64,000 nt of DNA from an uncultured Alphaproteobacteria bacterium (GTDB taxonomy: Bacteria > Pseudomonadota > Alphaproteobacteria > MPNO01 > DASWLB01). Shown piece after piece: positions 17,704 through 26,173 of the stretch. The notes under the pieces were generated by a model, which did not search any database, was not told the origin of the DNA, and worked only from the letters and a program-made list of their open reading frames with translations. A program made the position numbers and the translations under genes. The first letter of the stretch is position 1; every line of letters starts with the position of its first letter. The stretch is taken from assembly GCA_963775315.1 (NCBI GenBank), contig CAVZIN010000003.1, positions 72,011 through 136,010 on the forward strand, read 5' to 3'.

Positions 17704-19766
17704 GCGACCCGCCCCGTCGGCTCGGGCAGCGCCTCCGGCGTCGGTGCGCCGAGGGGCCCGGGCGCCGTCAGCGGCGCGGTGGCCAGAGGGAAGGCCGGCG
17801 CGCCGGTCAGCCAGGCGTGCAGCTTGGCGACGCCTTCGTGCGCCTTGACGTGCGGCCGCCAGCCCGTGGCCGCGCGGAACCGGCGGGTGTCCGAGGCGTA
17901 CCAGACCTGGTCGCCGGGCCGCCACGCGGCGTAGTCGATGTCCGGCGTGCGGCCGGTCAGCTCGCCGATCCAGCCGACGAGGTCGCGCAGGCTGATCGCG
18001 TTCTCCGGCCCGCCGCCGAGGTTGAATGCGCGTCCGGCGACTGCCTGCGTGTTCTTCAGCGCCAGCAAATAGGCCGCGACCACGTCGTCCGCGTACAGCA
18101 CGTCGCGCACCTGGCAGCCGTCGCCGTAGATGGTGATCGGCCGGCCGGCGAGCGCCGAAATCAGGAAATGCGCGACCCAGCCCTGGTCCTCCGTGCCGAA
18201 CTGGCGCGGGCCGTAGAGGCAGCTCATGCGGAACACGGTGGCGGGCACGCCGAACGTGCGCGCGTAATCCAGGATGTACTGGTCGGCGATGCCCTTGGAG
18301 CAGCCATAGGGCGTGCGCAGATCGAGCGCACGGCCCTCGCCGACGCCGTGGCGGGCGAGGTCCGGGTCGGTCGGCAGGTACCTGTCGCCGCGACGCGCGC
18401 TGGTTTCCGCGTCGAGCAGCGCGCCGTAGACCTTGTTGGTCGAGGCGAACAGGACGGGCGGCGGGCTCGGCCGGTGGCGCAGCGCCTCCAGAAGGTTGAG
18501 CGAGCCGCGCGCGTTCACCTCGAAATCGTCGATCGGCGCGGCGAGGCTCGTCGTCACCGCCACCTGGGCGGCGAGATGGACCACGGCCTTGGCGTCGCGC
18601 GCCGCCGCGCGGAGCGCGTAATAGTCGCGCACGTCGCCGACCTCGACCGCGATCCGCGAGGGGTAGCGCGCGCGCAGCCATTGCAGGTTCTCCTCGACCC
18701 GTGCGCGGGCGAGGCTGTCGAACACCACGACCTGCTCGCCCGTCTCGGCGAGGCGCGCGGCGATGTTGCTGCCGAGGAAACCGGCGCCGCCGGTCACCAG
18801 CACGGCGGGGCGGGCGCGGCGGACGTTCGCCGCCTTCACCTCGCGCGCGAGGCGCTTCGCGCCCGCGAGCCCGCCGGAGGCGAGGGCGCGGTGCACGAGC
18901 TTCGGCTGGCCGTCGGCACGCACGATCCCGGTGTGGTAGTGGCGCTCGTCGAAATGAAAGCCTTCCTGGCTTTCCAGCTCGGGATCGAGGTCCTGGTAGG
19001 AATACCAGTAGACGCGCTCGGCCGGGGCAGCGAGGGCGTCGAGGAACAAGGCGAGCTGGCGCCCTTCCTGGTGGCGCCAGGTGGAGTGGCCCGCCTCTGT
19101 GATCCACACCTCGGGCGTGCAGCCGTGCCGCGCCAGCACCTCGCGCACACTCTCGATCTCGGGCTCCCACCCCTGCCACTGGGCGTTCCAGGTTTCGGGG
19201 AAGCCGTGCACCCCGACCGCGTCGATATGGGCCATGACGCCGCGCCGGCACATCAGCGCCAGCCAGTTCGAATCGGTCGGGCACATGCCGCCCAGCACGG
19301 TGCGCTTGCCCCGCTCCTTCATCCAGTAGGCCGCGCTGCCGACCATCTCGGAGAAGGCACGCCACTCGGCGTCGAGGTGCCAGTTCCAGTCGTTGAGGTT
19401 GTTCGGTTCGTTCCAGAGCTCGACCCAGTCGAAATGACGGCCGTGGCGGCTGACGAACACGTCGAGGAAATCCGCGTAGGACTTCGGGTCGCGCGGCGGC
19501 GCGGTCGTGGTGCCGTCGAGGCTGAGAGACGGCGGGGTGTAGTGGAAGCAGGGCAGTACCTCGAGCGTGCGCGCCAGCTCGGGCAGCAGCCAGCCATACC
19601 ACGCTTCGCCGTCCGGCCGGTGCCAGTCGGCCCACGACACGCCGATGCGCACATGCCGCGCGCCGATGGCGGAAAGCCCGTCGATCATCCTTAAGGCGCG
19701 CTCTCTCTCGCCCGGCCGCAGCCATTCGACGACACCCCATGGGCGCTCGATGCGGGACCGCGCCAT
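17700..19766 (-). CDS. Fusion protein: clan GH-A glycoside-hydrolase TIM barrel (GH5/GH39-like) + NAD-dependent sugar epimerase/dehydratase
   Basis: N-terminal half carries 'VELWNEPNN' (acid/base NEP) and 'VWITEAGHS' (nucleophile TE). C-terminal half carries 'VLVTGGAGFLGSNIAARL', 'YGCSKGIADQY' (YxxxK) and 'YGDGCQVRDVLYADDV'. ATG at 19766 ('MARSRIERPW'). Confidence 0.85.
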   Translation of the reverse strand: MARSRIERPWGVVEWLRPGERERALRMIDGLSAIGARHVRIGVSWADWHRPDGEAWYGWLLPELARTLEVLPCFHYTPPSLSLDGTTTAPPRDPKSYADFLDVFVSRHGRHFDWVELWNEPNNLNDWNWHLDAEWRAFSEMVGSAAYWMKERGKRTVLGGMCPTDSNWLALMCRRGVMAHIDAVGVHGFPETWNAQWQGWEPEIESVREVLARHGCTPEVWITEAGHSTWRHQEGRQLALFLDALAAPAERVYWYSYQDLDPELESQEGFHFDERHYHTGIVRADGQPKLVHRALASGGLAGAKRLAREVKAANVRRARPAVLVTGGAGFLGSNIAARLAETGEQVVVFDSLARARVEENLQWLRARYPSRIAVEVGDVRDYYALRAAARDAKAVVHLAAQVAVTTSLAAPIDDFEVNARGSLNLLEALRHRPSPPPVLFASTNKVYGALLDAETSARRGDRYLPTDPDLARHGVGEGRALDLRTPYGCSKGIADQYILDYARTFGVPATVFRMSCLYGPRQFGTEDQGWVAHFLISALAGRPITIYGDGCQVRDVLYADDVVAAYLLALKNTQAVAGRAFNLGGGPENAISLRDLVGWIGELTGRTPDIDYAAWRPGDQVWYASDTRRFRAATGWRPHVKAHEGVAKLHAWLTGAPAFPLATAPLTAPGPLGAPTPEALPEPTGRVA

Positions 19767-20884
19767 CACGCGACCAGCCCCCGGCTGACCAGCTCCTCCG
19801 TCGCACTGTCGACGCGGTCGGTCGCGATCTGGTCGGCCAGCCATTCGACGAGGTCGGCGAGCCCGGCTTCGAGCGAGACGCGCGGGCGGTAGCCGAGCGC
19901 CTCGGCGGAAACGCTCACGTCGGCGAAGTTGTGGCGGATGTCGCCCGCGCGATAGCGCCCGGCGATCTCCGGCGCGATGTGCGGCTTGCCCATCAGCGCC
20001 GCCATCCGCCTGGCGATGGTGGCGATGGAATGGTCCTCGCCGCTACCGATGTTGAACGAGACGCCGCTCACCTCCGTCGCCTCCAGCGCCAGCCGGAAGG
20101 CGCGCCCCACGTCGCGCGCGTGGACGAAGTCGCGCCGCTGCTCGCCGTCCTCGAAGATCAGCGGCGCGCGCCCGTTCAGCAGGCGCGAGGCGAAGATGGC
20201 GAGCACGCCGGTATAGGGGTTGGAAAGTGCCTGGTTCCGCCCGTACACGTTGTAGAGGCGGAGCGCGACCGTGCCCATGCCGTAGGCTTGGCCGACCACG
20301 TGGCACATCTTCTCCTGCACGTACTTGCCGAGCGCGTAGACCGAGGCGAGGTCGGGCCGCTTGGTCTCCGGCGTCGGGATCGGAACGAGCGGCCGGCCTT
20401 GATCGTCGCGGAGCTCCCATTCGCCGCGATTGAGCTGTGCGGCACCGCGCGGGGCCGGCTCGTGGGGATTGCCGTCGGCGTCGCGGCAGAGCCCCTCGCC
20501 GTAGATGCTCATCGACGAGGCGATAACCATGCGCTCGACCGGCTGGCGCGCGATCTCCTGAAGAAGAATCGCAGTGCCGAGGTCGTTGACGGCGGTGTAG
20601 TCCGCAATCTGGTACATGCTCTGGCCGACGCCGACGCGCGCGGCAAGATGGATGACGGCGTCGGCGCGGGCGAGCGCGCGGGCGACGGCCTCGGCGTCGC
20701 GCACGTCGCCCGGGATCAGCTCCGCCTCGCGCGCCAGGTAGTCCGGCCGCGCCCGCGTCTCGCCGTGAATTTGTGGAAGAAGTGAGTCGAGTATGACGAC
20801 CTCGTGCCCGGCCGCCAGCCGCTCGTCAGTGATGTGTGTTCCGATGAAACCAGCGCCCCCCGTCACAAGCACTCGCTTCGGCAT
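19766..20884 (-). CDS. NAD-dependent epimerase/dehydratase (extended SDR), first gene of the operon
   Basis: 'MPKRVLVTGGAGFIGTHI', YxxxK 'YALGKY'. ATG at 20884 is preceded by GGGGAGAG. The track start (TTG at 20899) is less likely. Confidence 0.85.
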   Translation of the reverse strand: MPKRVLVTGGAGFIGTHITDERLAAGHEVVILDSLLPQIHGETRARPDYLAREAELIPGDVRDAEAVARALARADAVIHLAARVGVGQSMYQIADYTAVNDLGTAILLQEIARQPVERMVIASSMSIYGEGLCRDADGNPHEPAPRGAAQLNRGEWELRDDQGRPLVPIPTPETKRPDLASVYALGKYVQEKMCHVVGQAYGMGTVALRLYNVYGRNQALSNPYTGVLAIFASRLLNGRAPLIFEDGEQRRDFVHARDVGRAFRLALEATEVSGVSFNIGSGEDHSIATIARRMAALMGKPHIAPEIAGRYRAGDIRHNFADVSVSAEALGYRPRVSLEAGLADLVEWLADQIATDRVDSATEELVSRGLVA

Positions 20885-20977
20885 TCTCTCCCCTTCCAAA
20901 ACGCGTTGGGTACAAGTTCACGGTGAACGTAAGAATGTTGCATTCGTTCCGGCCGCGCGGAACGGGCGGAGCGGATG

Positions 20978-21913
20978 TCACGGACGCCCGCGCGGCGCAC
21001 CAATTCCACCGGCTTCGATAAAAATATGCCGCACGCTCGGATGCGATGTCCGGATGCGTTTTTCGATGCGCGCGACGGCGGCGACGACGGCCTCGCCGGT
21101 GAGGCCGGGACGGAAGCGCAGCTCCATGTTAAGCAGCACCTGGTCGGGACCGAGCTGCATGGTGAGCGGGGTTCGGGCGCTGGCCACCGCGGCATCCATG
21201 CGTGCGATACGGCAGGCGGCATGGACCAGCGCCGTGTCGGCGCGCTCGCCCATCAGGAGGGCGCGCGTCTCGATCACCAGGATCGTCGCGACGCCGATCA
21301 GGATCGCGCCGATCGCCAGCGAGGCGGCACCGTCGATCCACGGCGCGTCCAGCCGCTGCGACAGGTACACCCCGGCGAAGGCGGCGAAGATGCCGGCGAC
21401 CGCCGCCGTGTCCTCGGCGACCACGACGAAGACGGACGGGTCCTTGCTCGCGCGGAAGGTGCGGTAGAGCCCCTGGTCGCGGTCGCGCTTTTTCATCAGC
21501 TGTCGCAGCGCGATGGTGAGGGAGGTCGATTCCGCGCCCAGTGCGATGCCGAGCACCGCGTAATTCCACGACGGATCGGTCAGCGTCTCCGGTGTCATCA
21601 CGTGCCGGTAGCCCTCGAGCAGCGACAACCCTCCGCCGATGCCGAACAGCAGCATGGCGACCACCAGGCTCCAGAAATAGAGCTCCTTGCCGTAGCCGAA
21701 CGGGTGCACCGCGCTGGGCGGGCGGGCGCTCGCGCGCATGCCGACCAGCATCAGACATTCGTTCCCGGTATCGACAACCGAATGGAACGCCTCGGACAGC
21801 ATCGACGCGCTGCCGGTCATCCAGGCGGCGCCAAACTTCGCCAGCGCGATGATCATGTTCGCCCCGATCGCGGCGAATACCGCGACGCGGCCGCTCTGCG
21901 AACCGGAGGCCAT
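20978..21913 (-). CDS. Cation diffusion facilitator (CDF) family metal efflux transporter (CzcD/FieF-like)
   Basis: Six-TM CDF layout with the 'HSVVDTGNE' and 'DxxSS' region, and a C-terminal cytoplasmic domain. Confidence 0.85.
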   Translation of the reverse strand: MASGSQSGRVAVFAAIGANMIIALAKFGAAWMTGSASMLSEAFHSVVDTGNECLMLVGMRASARPPSAVHPFGYGKELYFWSLVVAMLLFGIGGGLSLLEGYRHVMTPETLTDPSWNYAVLGIALGAESTSLTIALRQLMKKRDRDQGLYRTFRASKDPSVFVVVAEDTAAVAGIFAAFAGVYLSQRLDAPWIDGAASLAIGAILIGVATILVIETRALLMGERADTALVHAACRIARMDAAVASARTPLTMQLGPDQVLLNMELRFRPGLTGEAVVAAVARIEKRIRTSHPSVRHIFIEAGGIGAPRGRP

Positions 21914-22062
21914 GACTAGCCTACGCCGGCAGGGCCGGCCGGTTCCGGTTTCCGCGACGCGCGCGTTCAGGCGGCCCGCGCCGCCGGCGATTCACCGCGA
22001 ACGCATTTCCGGCCGAACGATCCGGTGCCCGCCTCGTTGACCGAAGGTAACGAAACGAGCGC

Positions 22063-23290
22063 ATGTCCGAACTCAATCTCGTTCTCGCCGTGCTCGGCGG
22101 GGTGACGCTGGTCCTCAGCCTCAGCGTCGACTACGTGCGCGGCCGGCTGCTGCCGCTGTCGGAGCCGCTGCTCGCCACCCTGGCCGGCGTCGCCGCCGGG
22201 CCGGTCGGGCTCGGCTGGATCGCGCTCGACCACTGGGGTCGCCGCGCACGCTGCTCGAGGAGGTGGCGCGGGTCATCGTGGCGCTCGCCGTGATGGGCGC
22301 GGCGCTTCGCCTACCGCCCGCCTATTTCCGCCGCCAGTGGCGGGCGATGGCGGTCGCGCTCGGTCCGGTGATGATGGTCGGCGCCGTGGTGGCCGGCATC
22401 GCCGGCTGGAAGATCCTCGGCGTGCCGTTCTGGCAGGGGGCGCTGATCGGCGCGATCCTCACCCCGACCGACCCGGTGGTGGCTGGTGCGATCGTCGCCG
22501 GCCCGCTCGCCGGGGAAACGTTGCCGACGCGCCTCCGGCGCCTGATCTCGGGCGAGTCGGGCGCCAACGACGGCATCGCCTACCCCATCGTGTTCCTGCC
22601 CGTGCTCATGCTGGTGCATCCGGCGAACGAGGCGCTCGGGCTCTGGGTCGGCGACCGGGTGGTGTGGGCGACGCTTGGTGGGGCGGCGCTCGGCGCGGCG
22701 GCGGGCTACGTCGCGGGGCGGGCGCAGATCCTCGCCGAATCGCACGGCTTCGCCTCCGGCCACGCGCTGGTGACCGGCGTCACCGCGTTCGGGCTCGCGC
22801 TGCTCGGGCTGCTCGGGCTCGCCGGCGCCGACGGAGTGCTCGGCGTGTTCGTCGCGGGGCGCCTGTTCGGCCACGTGGTCGAGACCGAACGGGTGACAGA
22901 GCAGGGCGAGCTGCAGGAGATCATCCGCTGGCTGTTCACCATCCCGAATTTCGTGCTGTTCGGCGCCGCGCTGCCCTGGGCGGGCTGGCACGCGCTCGGT
23001 TGGCCTGGGGTTGGCCTCGCCGTCGCGGTGCTGCTGCTCCGCCGCGTCCCGGTGATCCTGGCTGCGCGGCGCAGCCTGCCGCTCGACCGACCGGCCGACC
23101 TCCTGTTCTACGCCTGGTTCGGTCCGCTCGGCGTCGCCTCGATCTTCTACGCGACGCTCGCGACACGGCTCACCGGGCTCGACGTGGTGTGGCAGGCGTC
23201 GAGCCTCGTCGTCGCGCTCTCGATCCTGGTGCATGGCGCGACGGCGACGCCGTTCCTCCAGCTCTACGCCCGCAAGGTTCCCCGCGAACT
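22063..23290 (+). pseudogene. CPA1 (NhaP-type) Na+/H+ antiporter, frameshifted
   Basis: The N-terminus ('MSELNLVLAVLGG...GWIALDHWG') lies in frame 1, and the remainder ('PRTLLEEVARVIVALAVMGAALRL...') lies in frame 3 from ~22239. This is an apparent 1-nt deletion in the GGGG run at 22235-22238. There is no stop codon before the topoisomerase ORF. Confidence 0.6.
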
Positions 23291-23363
23291 CCGGAACGGA
23301 GGAAGGCGCCGGCCGTTGAGAGCCTGCGGATCATCGAGTGTCTGGCGTGGTGCGAGTGGTGGC

Positions 23364-24695
23364 ATGACGGTGGCGCGGGCGAGAGGCGGATTGCGGCAGG
23401 TTGGGCCCGAGGCGCTTGTGTTGCGGCGCCGCCGCGCCGGGCGCGGGTTCGTCTATCTCGACGAGAAGGGCCGCCAGGTGCGCGACCGCGCGACCCTCGC
23501 CCGCATCCGGAGCCTCGCCGTGCCGCCCGCCTACGAGGACGTGCAGATCGCGCGCGACGCCGACGCCCACCTGCAGGCCGTCGGGCGCGACGCGGCGGGG
23601 CGCGTCCAGTACCGCTATCACCCCGCCTGGACCGAGGAGCGCGAGGCGCGCAAGGTCGAGCGGCTGGGCGCGCTTGCCGCTGCCCTGCCGCACCTCCGCC
23701 GCAGCGTCGCCCGCGACCTCGCACGGCCCGAGCTGTGCCGTCGCCGGGTCCTCGCCGCCGTGATCTCGCTGATCGACAAGACCCACGTCCGCATCGGGTG
23801 CGAGGACTACGTCCATACCGGGCGGAGCCGCGGCGCGGCGACGCTCCTCAAGCGCAACGTGCGGGTCGCTGGCGACCGGGTAGCACTCGACTTCCGCGGC
23901 AAGGGCGGGCGGGCGATCGAGTGCGCGGTGCGCGCGCCGGCGCTCGCCCGCACGGTCCGCGCGCTCAAGCGCCAGCCGGGACCGCGCCTGTTCCGCTTTC
24001 GCGGCGAGGACGGCAGGCTGCACAACCTGACCGCCGCCGACGCCAACGCCTATCTGCAAGAGGTGACGGGCGAGGGGGTGACGGCGAAGGACTTCCGCAC
24101 GCTCGCGGCGACCGCGACGGCGGCCGAGCGGCTCGGCGCGCTCGAGCCGGGCCCCAGCGCCACCGCGCGGCGGCGCCAGATCAACGGCGTGATGCGCGAG
24201 ATCGCCGAGATGCTGGCCAACACCCCCGCCGTCACGCGTAAGAGCTACGTCCACCGCCGGCTGGTCGACGCTTTCGAGCGGGGCACGCTTGCCTCGCTCG
24301 TTGCCGGCTGCGACCGGCCGCGCGGCCTCGCCTGTGGCGAGGCGGTGGTCGCCGCCCTGTTCTCGCCGACGGGCGGGACTGACCGCCCCGGAACCCGTTC
24401 CTGCCGCGCACGTTGGTGGGGCGATCCGGGTTGCTGGAAGGGAACGAGCCATGCCCGCGAAGTCGAAGAAGCAGCAGATGGCCGCGGGAGCGGCGCTCTC
24501 GGCCAAGCGCGGCGAGCGCAAGAAGTCGAGCCTCCGCGGCGCCTCCGAAGGGATGGTCGAATCGATGAGCGAGAAGGAGCTCGAGCGCATGGCGAGCACC
24601 AAGCGCAAGGGAAAGCCGACGACCGCGAACAAGACGTCGAGCGCGAAGTCGACGTCCTCGAAGAAGAAATAGCCGGCCTCAGATCTCCTTCATGA
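23364..24695 (+). CDS. DNA topoisomerase IB (poxvirus/eukaryote-like TopIB)
   Basis: 'GFVYLDEKGRQVRD...IRSLAVPPAY...LQAVGRDAAGRVQYRYH...TAKDFRTLAAT...NTPAVTRKSYVHRRL' includes the catalytic Tyr context SYVH. Its ATG is at 23364. The homologous part should end near ~24390, but the frame has no stop until 24695, so the 3' end is uncertain. Confidence 0.6.
   Translation: MTVARARGGLRQVGPEALVLRRRRAGRGFVYLDEKGRQVRDRATLARIRSLAVPPAYEDVQIARDADAHLQAVGRDAAGRVQYRYHPAWTEEREARKVERLGALAAALPHLRRSVARDLARPELCRRRVLAAVISLIDKTHVRIGCEDYVHTGRSRGAATLLKRNVRVAGDRVALDFRGKGGRAIECAVRAPALARTVRALKRQPGPRLFRFRGEDGRLHNLTAADANAYLQEVTGEGVTAKDFRTLAATATAAERLGALEPGPSATARRRQINGVMREIAEMLANTPAVTRKSYVHRRLVDAFERGTLASLVAGCDRPRGLACGEAVVAALFSPTGGTDRPGTRSCRARWWGDPGCWKGTSHAREVEEAADGRGSGALGQARRAQEVEPPRRLRRDGRIDEREGARAHGEHQAQGKADDREQDVEREVDVLEEEIAGLRSPS
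24451..24672 (+). CDS. DUF3008-family small basic protein
   Basis: 'MPAKSKKQQMAAGAALSAKRGE...SEKELERMASTKRKG' matches the characteristic DUF3008 start. GGAAGGGAA lies upstream. Confidence 0.8.
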   Translation: MPAKSKKQQMAAGAALSAKRGERKKSSLRGASEGMVESMSEKELERMASTKRKGKPTTANKTSSAKSTSSKKK

Positions 24696-25575
24696 TCTGG
24701 GCGTAGGAGAGGAGCGCGAACAGCGCGGTGCCGCCCACCACGTTGCCGGCGAGCACGGGGGCGGTGAAGGCCCACAGCATATGGCCGAGCGCGAGCTCGC
24801 CGTTCACCACCAGCAGAAACGCTTCCACGCTGCCGGCCACGATGTGGGCGAAGCCTGCCGCCGCGATCAGATAGGTGATCACGGTGACGACGTGGAACTG
24901 GGTCTCGCGCGCGCTCGGGATCAGCCACACCATGGTCGCGATCAGGAATCCGGCCGCGATGGCCCGGAAGAACATGCTTGGCCAGTCGTGCGCCATGCCG
25001 TGGCGGCTGATCTCCAGCATGCCGGCCTTGAGTTCGGGCGAGACGACCGGGGTGAAGGTAATGAAGCAGGCCGCGACCAGCGTGCCCGTCATGTTGGCGA
25101 GGAAAACGATGGTCCACATGCGGCCGAGCTTGCCGACGTTGGTCCAGGTGAAGTCGGCCATCACCGGCAGCACGACGGTCACCGTGTTCTCGGTGAAAAG
25201 CTGCTGGCGGCTCAGCACCACGATCAGGAAGCCGACCGAATAGCCGAGGCTCGATACGCCTCGTTCCCACGGCGCGTCGGGCAGGTAGCTCCGCAGCACC
25301 GCCTGGGCGAGCAGCGAGAAGCTGATGGACAGCCCGGCGGCGACGCCGGACCACCAGAGCGAGGTCGCGGGGCGCTGGATCTCCTCGTCGCCATGGCGGC
25401 GGACGATTTCGTAGATGACCGGCGTGCGCGGCGCCGAAAGCTCGTCGATCTCCTCGAGCTCCTGCTCGGTGATGGGCGAGCCCTCGACCGGCCGCTCCGC
25501 GCCGCGTTCCGCGTCGCCGTTCCCGGCACCGCGCTCCTTCGCCGGCCGCCGCGACAATTCGAAGCCTTCCGCCAA
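24679..25575 (-). CDS. Formate/nitrite transporter (FNT) family channel
   Basis: FNT fold with 'QQLFTENT' and multiple TM segments. It has an N-terminal cytoplasmic extension of about 70 aa. Confidence 0.8.
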   Translation of the reverse strand: MAEGFELSRRPAKERGAGNGDAERGAERPVEGSPITEQELEEIDELSAPRTPVIYEIVRRHGDEEIQRPATSLWWSGVAAGLSISFSLLAQAVLRSYLPDAPWERGVSSLGYSVGFLIVVLSRQQLFTENTVTVVLPVMADFTWTNVGKLGRMWTIVFLANMTGTLVAACFITFTPVVSPELKAGMLEISRHGMAHDWPSMFFRAIAAGFLIATMVWLIPSARETQFHVVTVITYLIAAAGFAHIVAGSVEAFLLVVNGELALGHMLWAFTAPVLAGNVVGGTALFALLSYAQIMKEI

Positions 25576-25587
25576 CTCAGTCGCGGC

Positions 25588-26067
25588 TCACGCCGGTTCG
25601 CGCTCGCGCACCGGCGGGGCGTGGAGGGCCGCCTTGCCGTCGGTCGCGACCAGCCGCCGCGCGAGCGCCTCGACCGCGCTCGTCACCGTCTCGACCCCGC
25701 GCCGCCCGTCGGCCGCGATCAGCAGCAGCCGCGGCGCGCCCCCGCCGAGCTCGTGGACCAGTTCCAGCATGGCGCGCGGATCGAGGCCGGGCGCGCGCGG
25801 CGCCGGCCGTCCGGGACGTGGCGGCAGCGCCGCCTCGGTGACCGCGAGGGGATCGGCCGGCGTGTCGCGGGTCGTGCCGTGGACCAGCACGACCGCGTCG
25901 TACCCGTCCGCGGCGGCATAGGCCAGGTCAACCTCGCGCACGCCGAAATCGACCACCTCCACGCCTTGCGGCTGGGGGCGGCGGGCAAGCCGGCGCGCGA
26001 CCGCGACGCCAAACGCCTCGTCGCCGCGCGGCGGCTCGGCAATACCGGTGATCAGGATGCGGCACAT
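25588..26067 (-). CDS. Hydrogenase maturation protease-like protein (HyaD/HybD/HycI superfamily)
   Basis: 'MCRILITGIAEPPRGDEAFGVAVARRL...GVEVVDFGV' resembles the HybD N-terminus (GxxxxxDE(A)xG), though the second metal ligand appears substituted. The ATG has a GAGGGA SD upstream. Confidence 0.55.
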   Translation of the reverse strand: MCRILITGIAEPPRGDEAFGVAVARRLARRPQPQGVEVVDFGVREVDLAYAAADGYDAVVLVHGTTRDTPADPLAVTEAALPPRPGRPAPRAPGLDPRAMLELVHELGGGAPRLLLIAADGRRGVETVTSAVEALARRLVATDGKAALHAPPVREREPA

Positions 26068-26173
26068 CGGGTCCCTCGCTGAGTACGGACCCTGCATGCT
26101 CCGCCGGCCGGCGGGAAGCGGCACTAACCTTGGCTAAGCGGGCGCCGCCGGCACGCGCCGGCGGCGCCGTCGC

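Noticed and set aside
16588-19806. 1072-aa and 714-aa track ORFs suggesting giant proteins in the glycosylation operon
   Set aside because: Only their C-terminal portions carry domain homology. The long N-terminal extensions are out-of-frame read-through over the upstream gene. The real starts were set at internal ATG or GTG codons that overlap the upstream stops.
22263-24695. Single 810-aa ORF that could be read as an NhaP-TopIB fusion protein
   Set aside because: A membrane antiporter fused to a DNA topoisomerase is implausible. TopIB has its own ATG at 23364, and the antiporter part is already frameshifted. I interpret it as run-on caused by missing stop codons.
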